A stretch of DNA of 55,266 bases, the filler included, from Sphacelaria rigidula (Eukaryota): NCBI GenBank assembly GCA_964200075.2. It is 6 parts of 6 records of this genome, joined end to end, with 100 filler letters (N's around TTAATTAATTAA, not from the genome) between each part and the next. Parts side by side here need not be neighbours in the genome. Positions count along the whole stretch, not along the records: positions 1 to 9,129 come from CAXNAA020009233.1; positions 9,230 to 18,357 come from CAXNAA020009234.1; 4 more parts are not named here. One strand, 5' to 3'. Of this stretch, positions 1 through 12,455 are shown in pieces. The notes below the pieces were generated by a model. The model saw nothing but the letters and a program-made list of their open reading frames with translations. It did not search any database and was not told where the DNA came from. A program made the position numbers and the translations under genes. Position 1 is the first letter of the stretch. Each line of letters starts with the position of its first letter.

Positions 1-1239
1 AAGTTTTTATTGATCGTAAACAGGCTTGAATGGTTTGGGTTCCTGTTTCAAGTTTTTGTGGTACGGGATCGACACCCCGCGAAAAAGGGCCAGCTTGAGC
101 GACTTTCGATGGTCAGAACACGCGCCACAGGTATCGGATGACACCCAAACCCGGACGGTAACGTACCGCTGAGCCTTCTCAGTGCGCTGCAACAGAACGG
201 GCGAGAATAAAATACCTTGCCGCCAGAGAAAACCCGGCAAAGTTGGTGAAAAATGTGAAGTGATACGTGTACACATATGTACGACAGGAATGAGGACGGG
301 TTTCTCAACCAGGTCAGGCAAGAGATCATTGCAAGACTCACCACAGACCTCTCCGGAAATCAAGCGCCGGGATTTGTCTTCCTGGAAACTTTCATGGGAG
401 AAAAAATCGGGGGAAAAGTCTATTTTTTCGGGAAAAAGGAGAAAATTCTGAAAAAAAAACTGCCTCATTAATAGGACCCCAAATTTCAGCATGCAGGTTT
501 CAAAGGCTACAGTCGTTCTCTTCACAGCTCAAACGCAGTTGCACCGCGGCAGGAATGTTGCAAGGGTGTGTTGAGTAGGCACGTACGCTCCCGCATCGTT
601 TGTTGCGATAGCCCGTCTCCAAACTCTACCCAAATGTTGGCAAAGGTGAGGTACGATTGCAATATCCTACCCAATATCTGGGTATTCTCGAGTACGGTCT
701 CAGTACTCTACTCAAGTATTGGGTGCCTAGAGTAAGATGGAAAAAATATATATATCCGCACGAAGGAAATGATTTAGGGCGGCACGGGTGGCATGTCGGA
801 CATTGACTTCTTTTGCGTCGGGCTGCGGACAAGATGAAACCTATCCCCATGCCGGCTTTAGTTCGACGTAGTGGCTTCACAGCCTCACGGCACGGACAGG
901 AAGTTGGTTCCGCCGCCATCGCAACAGGGCTGCGCCTAATCCCTGCTCAGCTACACGCACACGCGGCTTGTGTCCGCGAGAATCCATCAATTCCTTTGAG
1001 GGCCAGAACAATCCGTTTCAGCGTCAACATTGCAAGGGTGGATTGGCTAGGGAGTGGTGCACCCCCTGGACAAGAGATTCTATAATAAAAAAACGTACTG
1101 CGTACAGTATAGAATATTTTGTCTGTTGCAATAGGCGCGATAGTCGATACTGTACGCGATACACTTTTTGACAGTGTATTATAGTCATTATCCAGGGTGT
1201 GGAGTGGTGCTACGTCAGGGGTGCACAAATACCGTCTTG

Positions 1240-1462
1240 AGGCTCAATTTGTTAGGAGTCCCCTGTCTCATACAAAAAAACGACTCATAAACCATGTGCG
1301 AGCACAGCACGACTAGCACTCCAATGGGCTAGGGCCATCTCGAACAAATTTGAAACCGACCGTGTCTTGACTCATATTCTCGTGTAGCTCCTGACTTAGG
1401 GAGTCCCTGAATGAGAAAGGTCTAAGCCCAAATGTCCAACCCCTACCGGAGCATGACTCTAC
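1240..1462 (+). repeat. Dispersed repeat, second copy at about 8170-8388
   Basis: Shared tctcat.caaaaaa..atgtg.gagcac..acga.tagca.tcc..tgggcta...cccaaatgt.caacccc.tacc...gcatgactc. Confidence 0.6.
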
Positions 1463-2587
1463 CGAATCCACGTAACAACCACCACCTCCTAGGTCGATCT
1501 GGCCCATCATTTTATAAATAGCCGGGGTTGCGGTGAGCATTCTTCAATCGTATCAGTCATTCATATCCGCGCCATCTCTATTGAAGTGAAGACGAATCAA
1601 ATCGGAATTTCGCTTTTCCCACCGCACGTTTTTCGATCCCCTCCAAAAAATGCCAAGACACGCCTTGAACCATTCACCCATCATCGATTGATTGATTGTC
1701 ACACTTCAACAGGTATCCGAGGAATCCAGCCTTCGTCCCGAGAGACATTTCCAAGACAAAAGAAACGTTAACAAAACGACATAATGGCCGCAGGCAACTC
1801 GAGAAAAAAAGAAGGCACATGGCACTCGAAAAACAAATACACTCAATCTCAATGACAGCAACGAAGTGAAAACACACACACACATACACACAGACACACA
1901 CTAGATAACAACATGAGGTACGCAACGTACGAAAAAAAAATAACTCTTGACACGCACCTCTGTACCCTCGCGCGAGGTGCGTGCTTTAGAAGCGAAGATA
2001 GCACGCTGTGTCGTCGCCTGAGGTTAGATCCCTTTTCATCCAGACGGACCCGCACTCCCACTAGGAATGTGGAAAATGACGCTACGTCCTGGAGTGTCAA
2101 CTGTGGAGCAAGACCAACGTACAAGACGAAAGGGAAAGGGGAGCAAAATTCAAGTCCCGACAAGATATTGCCTTGGTGTCCAATTTGTTTAGACTACCCT
2201 ATTCGCGCTGATAGAGTTTCGGAAACACAAAACCGGCTGGAAAAGCTCAGGGTCAGGGTTTAGAAGTTGGGATTTAAGGCCAGGATATGACGAATTCCCC
2301 TAGGTAAACCCCAAAACTGAACCCTGAGAAAAGACATGCGCAGCAAGTCAGGATCAATTTTCAAAAAAATAAAATAAACCCTGAGTTGCCAAAAACCCCA
2401 AAGCGTTGGTGCCACACTCAGGGTTGTGAAACGGAACTAGACACCCCGCCCCATAACGACCAAGGTTACAGAACACAGCCAAAGACAAATATCGTAAGTG
2501 AGGCGATGGCGGGTGCCGTGAACGCCCGCGACAGCGCTGGTGATGGCAGCTCGTTCACGAGGGTGACCCAAGACTAAGAGGAACACT

Positions 2588-2852
2588 TGGAGGCGAACGG
2601 GGGAGCCGAGACACCAGTCGATCTGGCTTATGATGATGTGAAAGGGCGGGAGTCGGCCGCTCAAGCAGCTGCTACGAGGACTTGACAAAATATCCACCCA
2701 ACGTGAAGCTTGCGTTGGCTCGGGCAGGTACACCACCGTTGTGTGGCCATTTTGTCGAGATCCTCGTAGCGGCTGCGTGAGTGGCCCACTTCAGCCCTTC
2801 CACGTCATCTTTAGCCAGGTCGACAGGTGTCTCTGTTCCCTCGTTCGCCTCC
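2588..2852. repeat. Diverged inverted duplication with arms of about 115 bp
   Basis: tggaggcgaacg...gacaaaatatccacccaacg (2589-2703) versus cgttgtgtggccattttgtc...cgttcgcctcca (2737-2852). Confidence 0.8.
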
Positions 2853-3219
2853 ACGCAGCTAGGATTAACGCGTATGGTGAACCTCTATCGAGAACGACTG
2901 TACTTTCTCAAGGTATGCAAACGCACACACATAGGCATGTGTACACTTCTACTACAGACAGTAAGTAGTACAGTACCAAAGACAGTAGTACAAGTGTACA
3001 AAACACTTACTACAGAAAGTATACAAAACTGTTTACAGACAGTACAGCAACAGTACTACAGTACAACTCTGAACTGTCTCAACTCGATAGTGCTGCACGA
3101 CACACCGACATGTGCAGGACTTGTGAATGACTAGCGAGCGCCGAGGTGCACTGGCTGTGTGCCCAACGCTGTGTACTGTACTGTGCCGTGTTCATATCCG
3201 GAGGCTGTGTTGACGATAC

Positions 3220-3440
3220 TGTGTGTGTGAGTTGTCGTCCCATCTGTTCTGGACACCGGTCTTCACCTCGCGCTATATGTGGGCGCACCAGCCGGGGTCA
3301 CATAGGAGGAGGACCAACACAGGAGTTTTTTCCTTTCGTTCGTTTTCAGTACTCCACGTCTCTTCTGGGGTGCTAGCCTTTACATTTTATCGCGAGAGGG
3401 TTCAGCAGTCCCTTTCCCTCGTCGACCGTTAAGTCGAATA
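3220..3440 (-). mobile_element. SINE body and tail; other copies at 36633-36813 and 48005-48192, remnant at 27203-27240
   Basis: Shared tgtgtgtgttgtccc..attctgg..atatgtgggcgca.cagccggggtcac...tcgcgagaggg. This copy ends in aagtcgaat, which overlaps the start of the head fragment at 53996. On minus the tail is (CA)n. Confidence 0.7.
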
Positions 3441-3923
3441 TACTGCTGTCGCGTATGCAACGGTACGGGCACAGGATAAACAACTAAAGTCGTGCTAGGA
3501 TAGGACGGGGGGTATTTTGACCGTTTCTCCCACTAAATTCAACTTCGAATCGATTATAGGAGCAACGAACTTCAGAACGGGCGTGTTACCGATAAATAAC
3601 GCCCATCCATACTGCTTGGCGCCGTTTTACCCAAATACAAGCGCTTGGCGAGACTGTCAGATTGTCCGAAACATCAATGAGTCTTTTTCCCCTGGAATCA
3701 AACACCCAACCTATCGTACCACGGCTCTGTACATGCCCTGCCGTACTGTACGGGTAACACCGCATGGGTGGGCGCAGAGTACAAGCGCAGAAAAGCAAGG
3801 CGCGACTTGTACCTTTTGAACTTATAACACCGACCAAGTGGCATTCGGAACAGAAAATACAAAACCCTGAAAAGTTTGCTACGGTCCACACCTACGTGGT
3901 GAAAAAAAAAAACTGGGGTTTAA

Positions 3924-4021
3924 CCCTCCGACCGCGAGATTAGTCTTTCTGAATCATGCATACTTTTCTTCACTTCAAATTAATACCGATTCAACAGAAG
4001 ACTTGCCTCGCGGTCTAAGGG
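3924..4021. mobile_element. 98-bp piggyBac-like MITE
   Basis: TTAA|CCCTccgaccgcgag...ctcgcggtctaAGGG|TTAA. Confidence 0.8.
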
Positions 4022-7000
4022 TTAAGCGACAACAATCCAGTTGTTTCTCGCTGTCATCCCTGAGCTCTGGTTATTTTTCCGAAACTCTTCAACATCAAAT
4101 ATGCGGGAACGATTTCAAAGAAGGGGCAGCTTCACCACAGATGTTTGTGTGTGTGCGCGATATTTGTGTCGAGTATTGACTCACTTCTTCACAGCGAATC
4201 AATCGAATCATAGAGCGTGAACAAAACAAACAGTATTAAGACACCTGCATTTTGTACATCACGGGCACGCTTGTCGGCTGTGATGGTCGCATTTTTCTCA
4301 TACGCTTCTTTTTTTCCTTCACTTTGAACAGAATTTGCGTCCCTGCTGTGGGATATAAGGCCCTGTCTTATCGACACAAAAAAATGAAGATGAGATTTTG
4401 ACGAACAGAGCGCATGTGGCCGTCATTTTAGGACCCTTCTTCATTCTCATCCAATTCAACGAGGGTGCGTTGGCTAGCGTATCTAGTACATCCGAGTATT
4501 TTGAAAAGCTGTACTCGAAGCACCCAATGCTTGGGTAGAGTATTGGAACCGTACTCAACCAAGCCCAGGTATTTGGTAGAGCAATGCGACGATGTGTAGG
4601 CAGCGCAGTTAGAAGCAAAAAAACGAAATCAAGACATCCGAGTTTTTTTCATCGCGTTTTTTGCAAATTTGGTCGAGACCTTGCATTTTCTCCTCTTTCT
4701 TCTCTTGTCCGATAAGGGTTGAAGTAAGCCAATATTCGGACCGACTGTATCTCTTCATACCGCTCGGCCGCCTGAAGGAAATGGCAGCCTGTGAAAACAA
4801 AATAGGGCTGTTCATCCAAACACACCAAACTGAACAACCTGAAAAACAAAAACGTATCGGACGCCGTCAAGGGCCCGTACAAACATATACCCAAGCACAC
4901 ATGTGTGGTGGGGGAAATTCAAGTTTTCGGATGGAAAAATACACGCAGAAGTGACCCAGCGCTTGGCTTGTGCGATATCACTATCATCCTATCGGCCTTC
5001 TAGTAATTCTCGGACTTCATGTGAGTTACACATATAGACATGTATACATAGCGGAGCGATTCAGGCCCCAGCAGTTTGTCTCGTTTGGCCAGCGCCACAA
5101 CCCGCGGAGCGCTAACAACAGTAGATCGATCACTAGCTATGGCTATGGATGGTATCATACACACAAACATGCTCTTTACCTTTCGTTCGACGTTAGCGCA
5201 GATGAGCTTTCGGTAGGCATCTTGCATCTCTCGCTGGATAGCTCCATTTCGAGTTGTTATGGAGGATGACTCTACCTGCAGACAGAAGGACGAAACCAAA
5301 GCAAACAAAAGAGAAAATAAAATAAAATAATAAAACAAGGGAAAAGAAGTTCGACTTATCATCGACACCTTCCCCTTTTCCCCCCCTATCTCCTTCTCCA
5401 CAGCAGAAGAGCACACAGATTTCCCATCATTGACATCCCAGTTCCGATTGTTACGGAGTAGCGGCTACAGGAAAACCGAACACAGCAAAAACAACAGCAT
5501 ACTGTAGAGAGAAGTTCATACCCCACCGCCCCCCTCCACCGGGGCCCGTCCCTTTCCCCTTCCTACCAGGAGATCACGGAGCCCATTCATCGACATCGTC
5601 GACAACAACAAGCAGTAGCACAATGGACAGCACAAGCAAAACGGGTGCCCGGCTAATCCTTCATGAGCACCAGCGTACAACTGGAGAATTTGACAGTCCC
5701 CCCGATTTTTCGATGAAGGATGACAACATCGCAGGCGTAGCATATATGGATGGCCGCTCGCTTTTAGGCCGTGCGGCGCTTTGACCGAACTTCTTTCGAG
5801 CCATATCTTTGACCAATAGGATTGCTTGCAGCCTTGATATGGTTGAGAGGGCGAGTGAAGAGGTTTTTCCCGGTCGGGTTTAAGAAGGCTCAGCAGGTAA
5901 ATCAACCGCTGAAGGAAGCAAGGGTCTGTGATGAGGACGAGCTCACACGTTACGGTTTACACCCTGGACAAAAAAAAGCGCTCGCAAGTAATGATCTGCG
6001 GGAACTATCGAAGTCACCGTGTACATGATGCAATATGCAGCATTCGATCATCAGTGATCTTGATTTTCGATGATGTGGAGACTTTCGAAGAAATTACTCA
6101 TTTGAATTTCCAATCGCAAAAGTCATATTCCGCAGTTGTCATTTGTACTGGGCTGAGAGCAGAAGTCATCGTGGCAAGAGGGGTGAGGGTGATCACTATC
6201 AGCACGGACAGCCGGCTCGGCAGGCGTGTCAGTAAGGTGGAGAAAGCAGAACCACGCAGGAGGGACGCCACTGCGCATATCGCAAGCGGTAGCAAGTGAA
6301 ACCGTGGCTCTGCCCAGGGGTACAGGGCGAAGTTGATACCGTGTCCTCATACATGCGACCCCCGCACGCCGTGCCTACGCGCACTACAATAATGCAATAC
6401 CGTTTGCTGATGGTGTGTGAAGTCTGCGCACCATCCCACGGCATTGACACCTTGGGCAAGGGCTCTGTCGGGGTCATTTGTCACACCACCTTTTTAGCGT
6501 CACGACCCCCCCGTCAATTGCACACAGATGAGTGTGAGATCTCCGTCAAGTATGCGTTCGCCCTAGATGGCGCGCGCAGAACTGTGGGGCCGTCTCTTTC
6601 GTTTGAATGATTCTGCCTTCGGCGAAGCTGCACAACCGAATTGAAAATCAACTGACCCTTCGACATACACGCAGACTTGTCCTTCTGGACATATGATGTA
6701 ACGTGCTCGTATCGTTGAATGCTCCGCAAGATCTGGGTGAAGGGGAAGTGGGGCCATCACCAAAACACCAACGTACAGACCCTCCAGGGCAGGTCTCCAT
6801 GTTGGTACCTGGAGAAGAACACCAGACCACCCACACGATGGCTACCAGACTGTCAGCTCTCCCTGCACGAAAAGTTGTGGCACCATCTATGGAGGAACGT
6901 TGCCCCGTTGCCAGGTAGGCCGGCAAGGGTTCTTGCAAAATTGCCCTGCGCGCGCGACAGAAGCTCAACCCACACCCGACAAGCGAGTTGGAGAGGAAAC

Positions 7001-8594
7001 GTTCGGCCCCGAATCTGCAAATATAAAACGGAGCCGAAACCATCCTTCTTAGTTCTGTTTCTTCAAGCGTCCATCCATAGCCGGACGAAGGTTCACGATG
7101 AGGCTGCTAGGATCCGATGCTCCCTGCGTGCCCGTTTGATACCGAACCCGCAATAATTGCCATCAGACAGCAAATGTTGAATAAAAGAATATAGGCGCAT
7201 CGGTGGTATCCACCGTTGCATCGTACGCCGCGGCCTCAGCTGCTTCCGAACCTGTGACTGTGACACGCTGCTGTGGTACCAGCCAACACATCGTCCAAGT
7301 TTTGGCCTCATGACACACGAGGTGTGCCTGGTCTCGACGCCTAACCTCCTGAAGTACCGCCTCCATATTATTGGAAAAGAAAAAGACTACGTTGTACGCA
7401 GTACACTATTTGCCAACGAAACGTGTTGGCATTTTTCAGGGTGAGCGATCTTCCCATCCGTGTTGCTTGAGAGTGTGAGTGTCAACATGCGTCCGCCCTA
7501 CTCAATCGCCTGTTGGGGACGAGCAAGACAGACACATCCGCAAACATGACAAGCCCGGAATCAAAACGCCAGCTGATCACATCCCCGACAGCGTACACGC
7601 CCCGCCCGGGGATCTCGTACGCCCCCCACCCCCCCACCCCCCCGCCTCCAGAAAATGAAGCAACCCATTAGAGGCTGCCATCCGAATGCAAGATAATCAA
7701 TACGCTTCGGGCCGAACAATCTTGGCAGGATGTAGTTCACTCTTCATGCGACTCGGCGAACACATCACGGCGATTCGCGCTTGGTGATTGAGTGCGAGCC
7801 TGGTCCGGCGAAAACCCGGTGTGCTTCGTCCGGGCATTGTAGGGATACGAGGTTAATGGTGACATGGGAATGGCACGCAAGATCATGAGTACACCCATAC
7901 CGTCGCATGAGTCAGTCGTCGTCGCCGTTGTCCGAATCAAGTCGTGGGACGGAGCTAACTCGGAGCCATCAGTTTCGAAAAATAGTCGCGGAGTTATCTC
8001 TCCGTCATCGCCATTTTTAGAACCTAGTCGTGGAACTGGGCTCTGGGTGGTCGCCATTTTTTCGATTTCAGTTGGGGTAGGGAACTTTTAGTCTTCGTCA
8101 TTTTCCAAACTCAGTCGCATATCGATCATTATTCGACTCATGCCAACGGTAGGGTTGCACAACTTTTTTCTCAGGTTTGAAGTTTTAGGAACCCTTCATC
8201 TCATCCAAAAAACCGAACAATGAAATATGTGAGAGCACGCAACGATTAGCATTCCCGTGGGCTAAGAATATCTCGAATGGCCTTCAGAACCTGACCCATA
8301 TTTTTGTGTATCTCCCCGCTTCAGGAGCCTGAGGATAAAAAACACCTGGGCCCAAATGTGCAACCCCCCTACCATGGCATGACTCATTTTCGGAATTTAG
8401 TTGTGGGCTCGTGAATCACGACGAAGGAGTCGTTGGACATGAGCTAAATATTTATATTATTCGTCTATGAACCTCTCCGTTGCAACACATTCCAGAACTC
8501 AGAGACCGTTCAAGATTTGTCTTACAAGTCTAGCCAGAAAATGCGGCCAAACTAATTCAGCTCGCTGTCGCTCGTTTCGAGTCCAAAGGTATCA

Positions 8595-8941
8595 AGGGCA
8601 GGTCGGACAGGGTATGTACTGTAGAATACTCGGGTAGAATACCCGGGTATTTACCCTACCCAACAATCGGGTAGCTTGGATACGATATCAAATCCTCTAC
8701 TCGAATACTCGCCCCAAACTGGGGTAGGCACTCGCAGCAATACCCGGGTATAGAGTATGAGATGGATATGGCCACAATATTTTTTCAAAAATTGGGTTAG
8801 TTGGGCACGACTTTTATATTCTACCCAAATGATGGGTAGATTGGGTACGATTTCAAAACCCTACCCAAATATCTGGGTGCTAAAAGTACAACTTTTCAAA
8901 ATAACGAGTATAGGGTACAACACACGACCCGACCTGCCCCT
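8595..8941. mobile_element. MITE with GGGCAGGTCGG TIRs and internal ctaccc/gggtag subrepeats
   Basis: agggcaggtcgg ... ccgacctgcccct. A related internal fragment lies at about 625-790. Confidence 0.65.
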
Positions 8942-9067
8942 TAGAGTAATATCACAAAGCGGAGCAACAAACTGAGATGGACGTCACGACCCATAGTGAA
9001 TATCAACCCTCACCCAAGAGCTGCTCAGACGTTAACACGACATACACGGCGCGCGACATGATGCTAT

Positions 9068-9129
9068 AGTAGTCAGCATCAGAAGTTTTCAGAATTTGTA
9101 GTTGTCCTTTTTTCTGAGTTTTTCTGGAG
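9068..9129 (+). mobile_element. Terminus of another copy of the long-TIR element, cut by the contig end
   Basis: tagtagtcagcatcagaagttttcagaatttgtagttgtcc matches the start at 19733. Confidence 0.75.
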
Positions 9130-9229
9130 NNNNNNNNNNNNNNNNNNNNNNNNNNNNNNNNNNNNNNNNNNNNTTAATTAATTAANNNNNNNNNNNNNNN
9201 NNNNNNNNNNNNNNNNNNNNNNNNNNNNN
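9130..9229. other. Artificial 100-bp contig linker (N44-TTAATTAATTAA-N44)
   Basis: The central 12-mer puts stop codons in all six frames. Confidence 0.97.
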
Positions 9230-12200
9230 GTGGCTTCAATGAAAGCCGTCACCTACACGATCAATTTGACTTATCACTTGATTGCAACAACGTAGTCAGT
9301 CCATTGCAACAAAAGATCCCCTCTTACAGGAAAAAACGATTAGTGCCTGAAACAGTTTCAGTTCCGAAATGCCCCCCCAGGCGTAAAAATGCTTTGTGCG
9401 GTATTTCACCAACCAGACCGCCGAATTTCTCGAATGGGGTACTGTACGGTAGCTGCATGCACAGGGCGTGTGCTCAAGCAAAAAAAAAGGGAAAAAGTTG
9501 CCTGTGAGGAACGCTAGAGCATCCACTCTGAATCCGATATTACGCTCTGAATCCCACGAATAATATGTTGTTATTTGAGACTTCGAACGATACGATGCAC
9601 TTTGTTTTCGTTTAAAATCGGATCGCCCGCATCCACCTCCACATAAAATAACATACGACACACAAATCGTGGCCCCGGCAGCTGCTTGGGTGCTAGCGTC
9701 TGTGCTGAGGTCTGCACCTCCGGTCACTGGGAGAAACCCACAGATTCACCGAGTGCGTTGATAGCAACGGCCATTCATCATTCGAGAAACGAACGGTGTC
9801 AAAACGACACAAACATCAGTAGTACGAGTACTATCATCTGTCCAGCTGCTGCGTAGTCACCATAATCGCTGCTGTAGCGGGCAGGCGGGCGTTTTTCACA
9901 GCATTTTCGTGCGAACCACAACACAACCTTTCTTGCAGATCCTGGACAATTTTCTGGTTTCGACAATCTCATGAAACACTATTGTAAGTTGCGTACAAAA
10001 TACTATTCCGATTTTTGACCGGCCCATTCTCAGCTCAATTTTTAGAGTTGGACCTTGAAATTTGGCATGGGCAATGAATACAGTAGGGAATGAAAAAAAT
10101 GGATGGATGGATCCAAAGCTTTTTTCTGTCATGAGTTCAAAGACAACGATCAGTTTTCGGGTTTTAGTAAAATGCCTTTGACTCATGACAAAAAAAGCTC
10201 CATGTCTATCTATACATATTTTACATTGTGCCCTATTCATTGGAGCCATGCTGCGATAGGGGGTGACTGATTCCACGAAAAAATGCGCTCACGGATGATG
10301 CATCAAACGACCTCAAGCACTCGCGGTGCGCTTGTATTTGGGTAACAGCGGTGTAAAGCAAGCACATTCGAACAGCTGTAGGCTGCTCAACGGCGATTGA
10401 AGTGGAATTTCGTGGAAGAAAACGGCCCAAAATCCCCCCCAACCGTAGCATGACTCATTGTTCATACCAAATCTCAAGGTCCAACTCTAAAAATTGAGCT
10501 GAGAATGGGCCTGCAAACTACAAATCCACCAGGAGGCTGGCCCAGCTAGCTCGTAGAACTGCCCCTTGGCAAGTGACAGAGAAAATTCTGTAAGGTTCGT
10601 TTTCAGAAGGGTGAACTACATAACGTTGTCGTCAAACTCATTTAACTCTCAACTCCCGACAAATCAAGGCGCCCCTGTGTCTCGATGTTCACATTGTCGA
10701 CTTGAGAGAGTTTTCTAAGCAATCGGCCGCCTCGCCGAAGATCCCGACCGTCAGGGTGGGCGATCTTGGTCTTACGTCGACTTTTCAAGGGGAAGTGGTG
10801 CTGATTCGACAGATGGCCTTACCTGGCGGTGAAAGAGTTTCCTACTGCTTGTGTTGAGCATGCACCGGGCGACGAATGCACCGGCTAGCTACTTGGTGTT
10901 ATTGACTGGTGCGTCCAAAGCAGCCAAACGTAACTGAAGTTGGTTTCAGGAACAGAAATACTATCGAACAACAGTAACCTTCGACTCTAACAATCAAACA
11001 TCACGGCATCGCACGCAGAGTGAAACAAGAAAATCGCACACCACCAAATTAGCGATCGTGCGCGGCTCAAATGCTCTTTAGTAGTCGGAATCGGGGCGGA
11101 AGCACTCCGTGACCTCTCGCGACCCCAACAACGCACAAAGGACAGGAGCAGCGATGCAATCTCAACCAGACGACACAAGCAATGCTGCAGCTTTGATGGA
11201 ACGGCAAGGTGTGCTGTATGTCGTATACTAACCAAGCCACACGAAACCTCGTGAAGGGGGTTCGAAATACATCCACAGGGCACGTCCTGCCAGTTCGACC
11301 AGGGAGACAGTCCACGCGTCTCACAACAAATAACGTATTCGTAAAATTGAGAATAGAGGATACGATTGAGAGTGAAAGGCGTTCAATTAGTGAATTAATC
11401 GTTTCAGTTCCGAAATGCCCCTCCACGAGGCCCACTATGCTTCCTGCAGTAGGTTGCCACTGAGGCCCTTAATACCCCTGAGAAGGATTTCGACGTGAAG
11501 CTGTAAGCACACGCCAGTGATGGAGGTAAAGAAAAGAACACACTGAATGAAAACATGACCAAGTTAAAGCAAATGATCAACGCCGCTCTCAATCAGCGCT
11601 CTACTCTCAATCTCACGAAAACGTTGTTAAATGCGATTTTTTCACGCCACTGCCTCGGTGGGTGGTTCTGACATGGACTTGTACAAGCCCGCTGCATTCA
11701 GGCGATAACGGGCCACCATTATATCGCTTTTTCATCCGTGTAAAAGTCTCGGTTCTACATTTGGCAACTAGCAGCACACCAGTGAACCGTCCAGCGTACA
11801 AAAACTGTTCGGCTAGAGCAATTATTGCGCACAATCAGGTACACCAATCAACACAAATCTTTTTAGGCGCCACCACGCGATGCAAACGCCGTTTCAACCA
11901 ACACACCGACTTACTCCTACACAGTGAGCATCACAACTCGGGCAAAATAAAGAGAAGGCGACGTAGTTGCCCTGCGGCCGGGTCTGCAAGCCTTTAATCG
12001 CTTTTCGATCATCTCAAATTACTACGCACTTGAATCATCACTCCCTAGGGTAAACCACATCCAGCCTGTAATCTCGCACTTTTCTTCGTATTGCGCATGA
12101 TGCAGCAGTTACATTCCAATATATTCCGATAACTTCCCGCAACAAAAACTCGGCTCCGGTCAACAACCGAAAACATTGAATGTTCACCACAAAAGCTGCC

Positions 12201-12455
12201 AATGAGACAGTGTTAGCCACGAGCAAAGGAGTGTCGAATAGCAGGGCCTCCCAGCCGATAGATGGGCCAGGACAAACCGCAAAACCCTTAAATCCAACCC
12301 CAACGAACAGCAGAACTACTCCAACAAAGTAAACTCGCATCAAAACAACAGGGTGTCGGAGCCCAACTATGGAAACCATAGACTCAGAGCGGACTTGTCA
12401 CTACCAAGAGGAAATCTACGCCACACGAGAAGTGTTCAAACAGAGCAGAATCTCA

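Noticed and set aside
6098..7014. Possible minus-strand exons 7014-6809 and 6309-6098, phase-compatible, giving ..WVVWCSSPEPRFHLLPLAICAV..
   Set aside because: The donor is weak, there is no convincing start or upstream exon, and no family is recognisable. It could be chance or a non-coding transcript.
9174..9185. TTAATTAATTAA motif recurring every 9228 bp or so, as a biological periodic signal
   Set aside because: It is embedded in N runs and is an assembly linker.
9657..9726. Isolated minus-strand exon-like segment (cccag ... gtatgt)
   Set aside because: No phase-compatible partner exons and no recognisable peptide.
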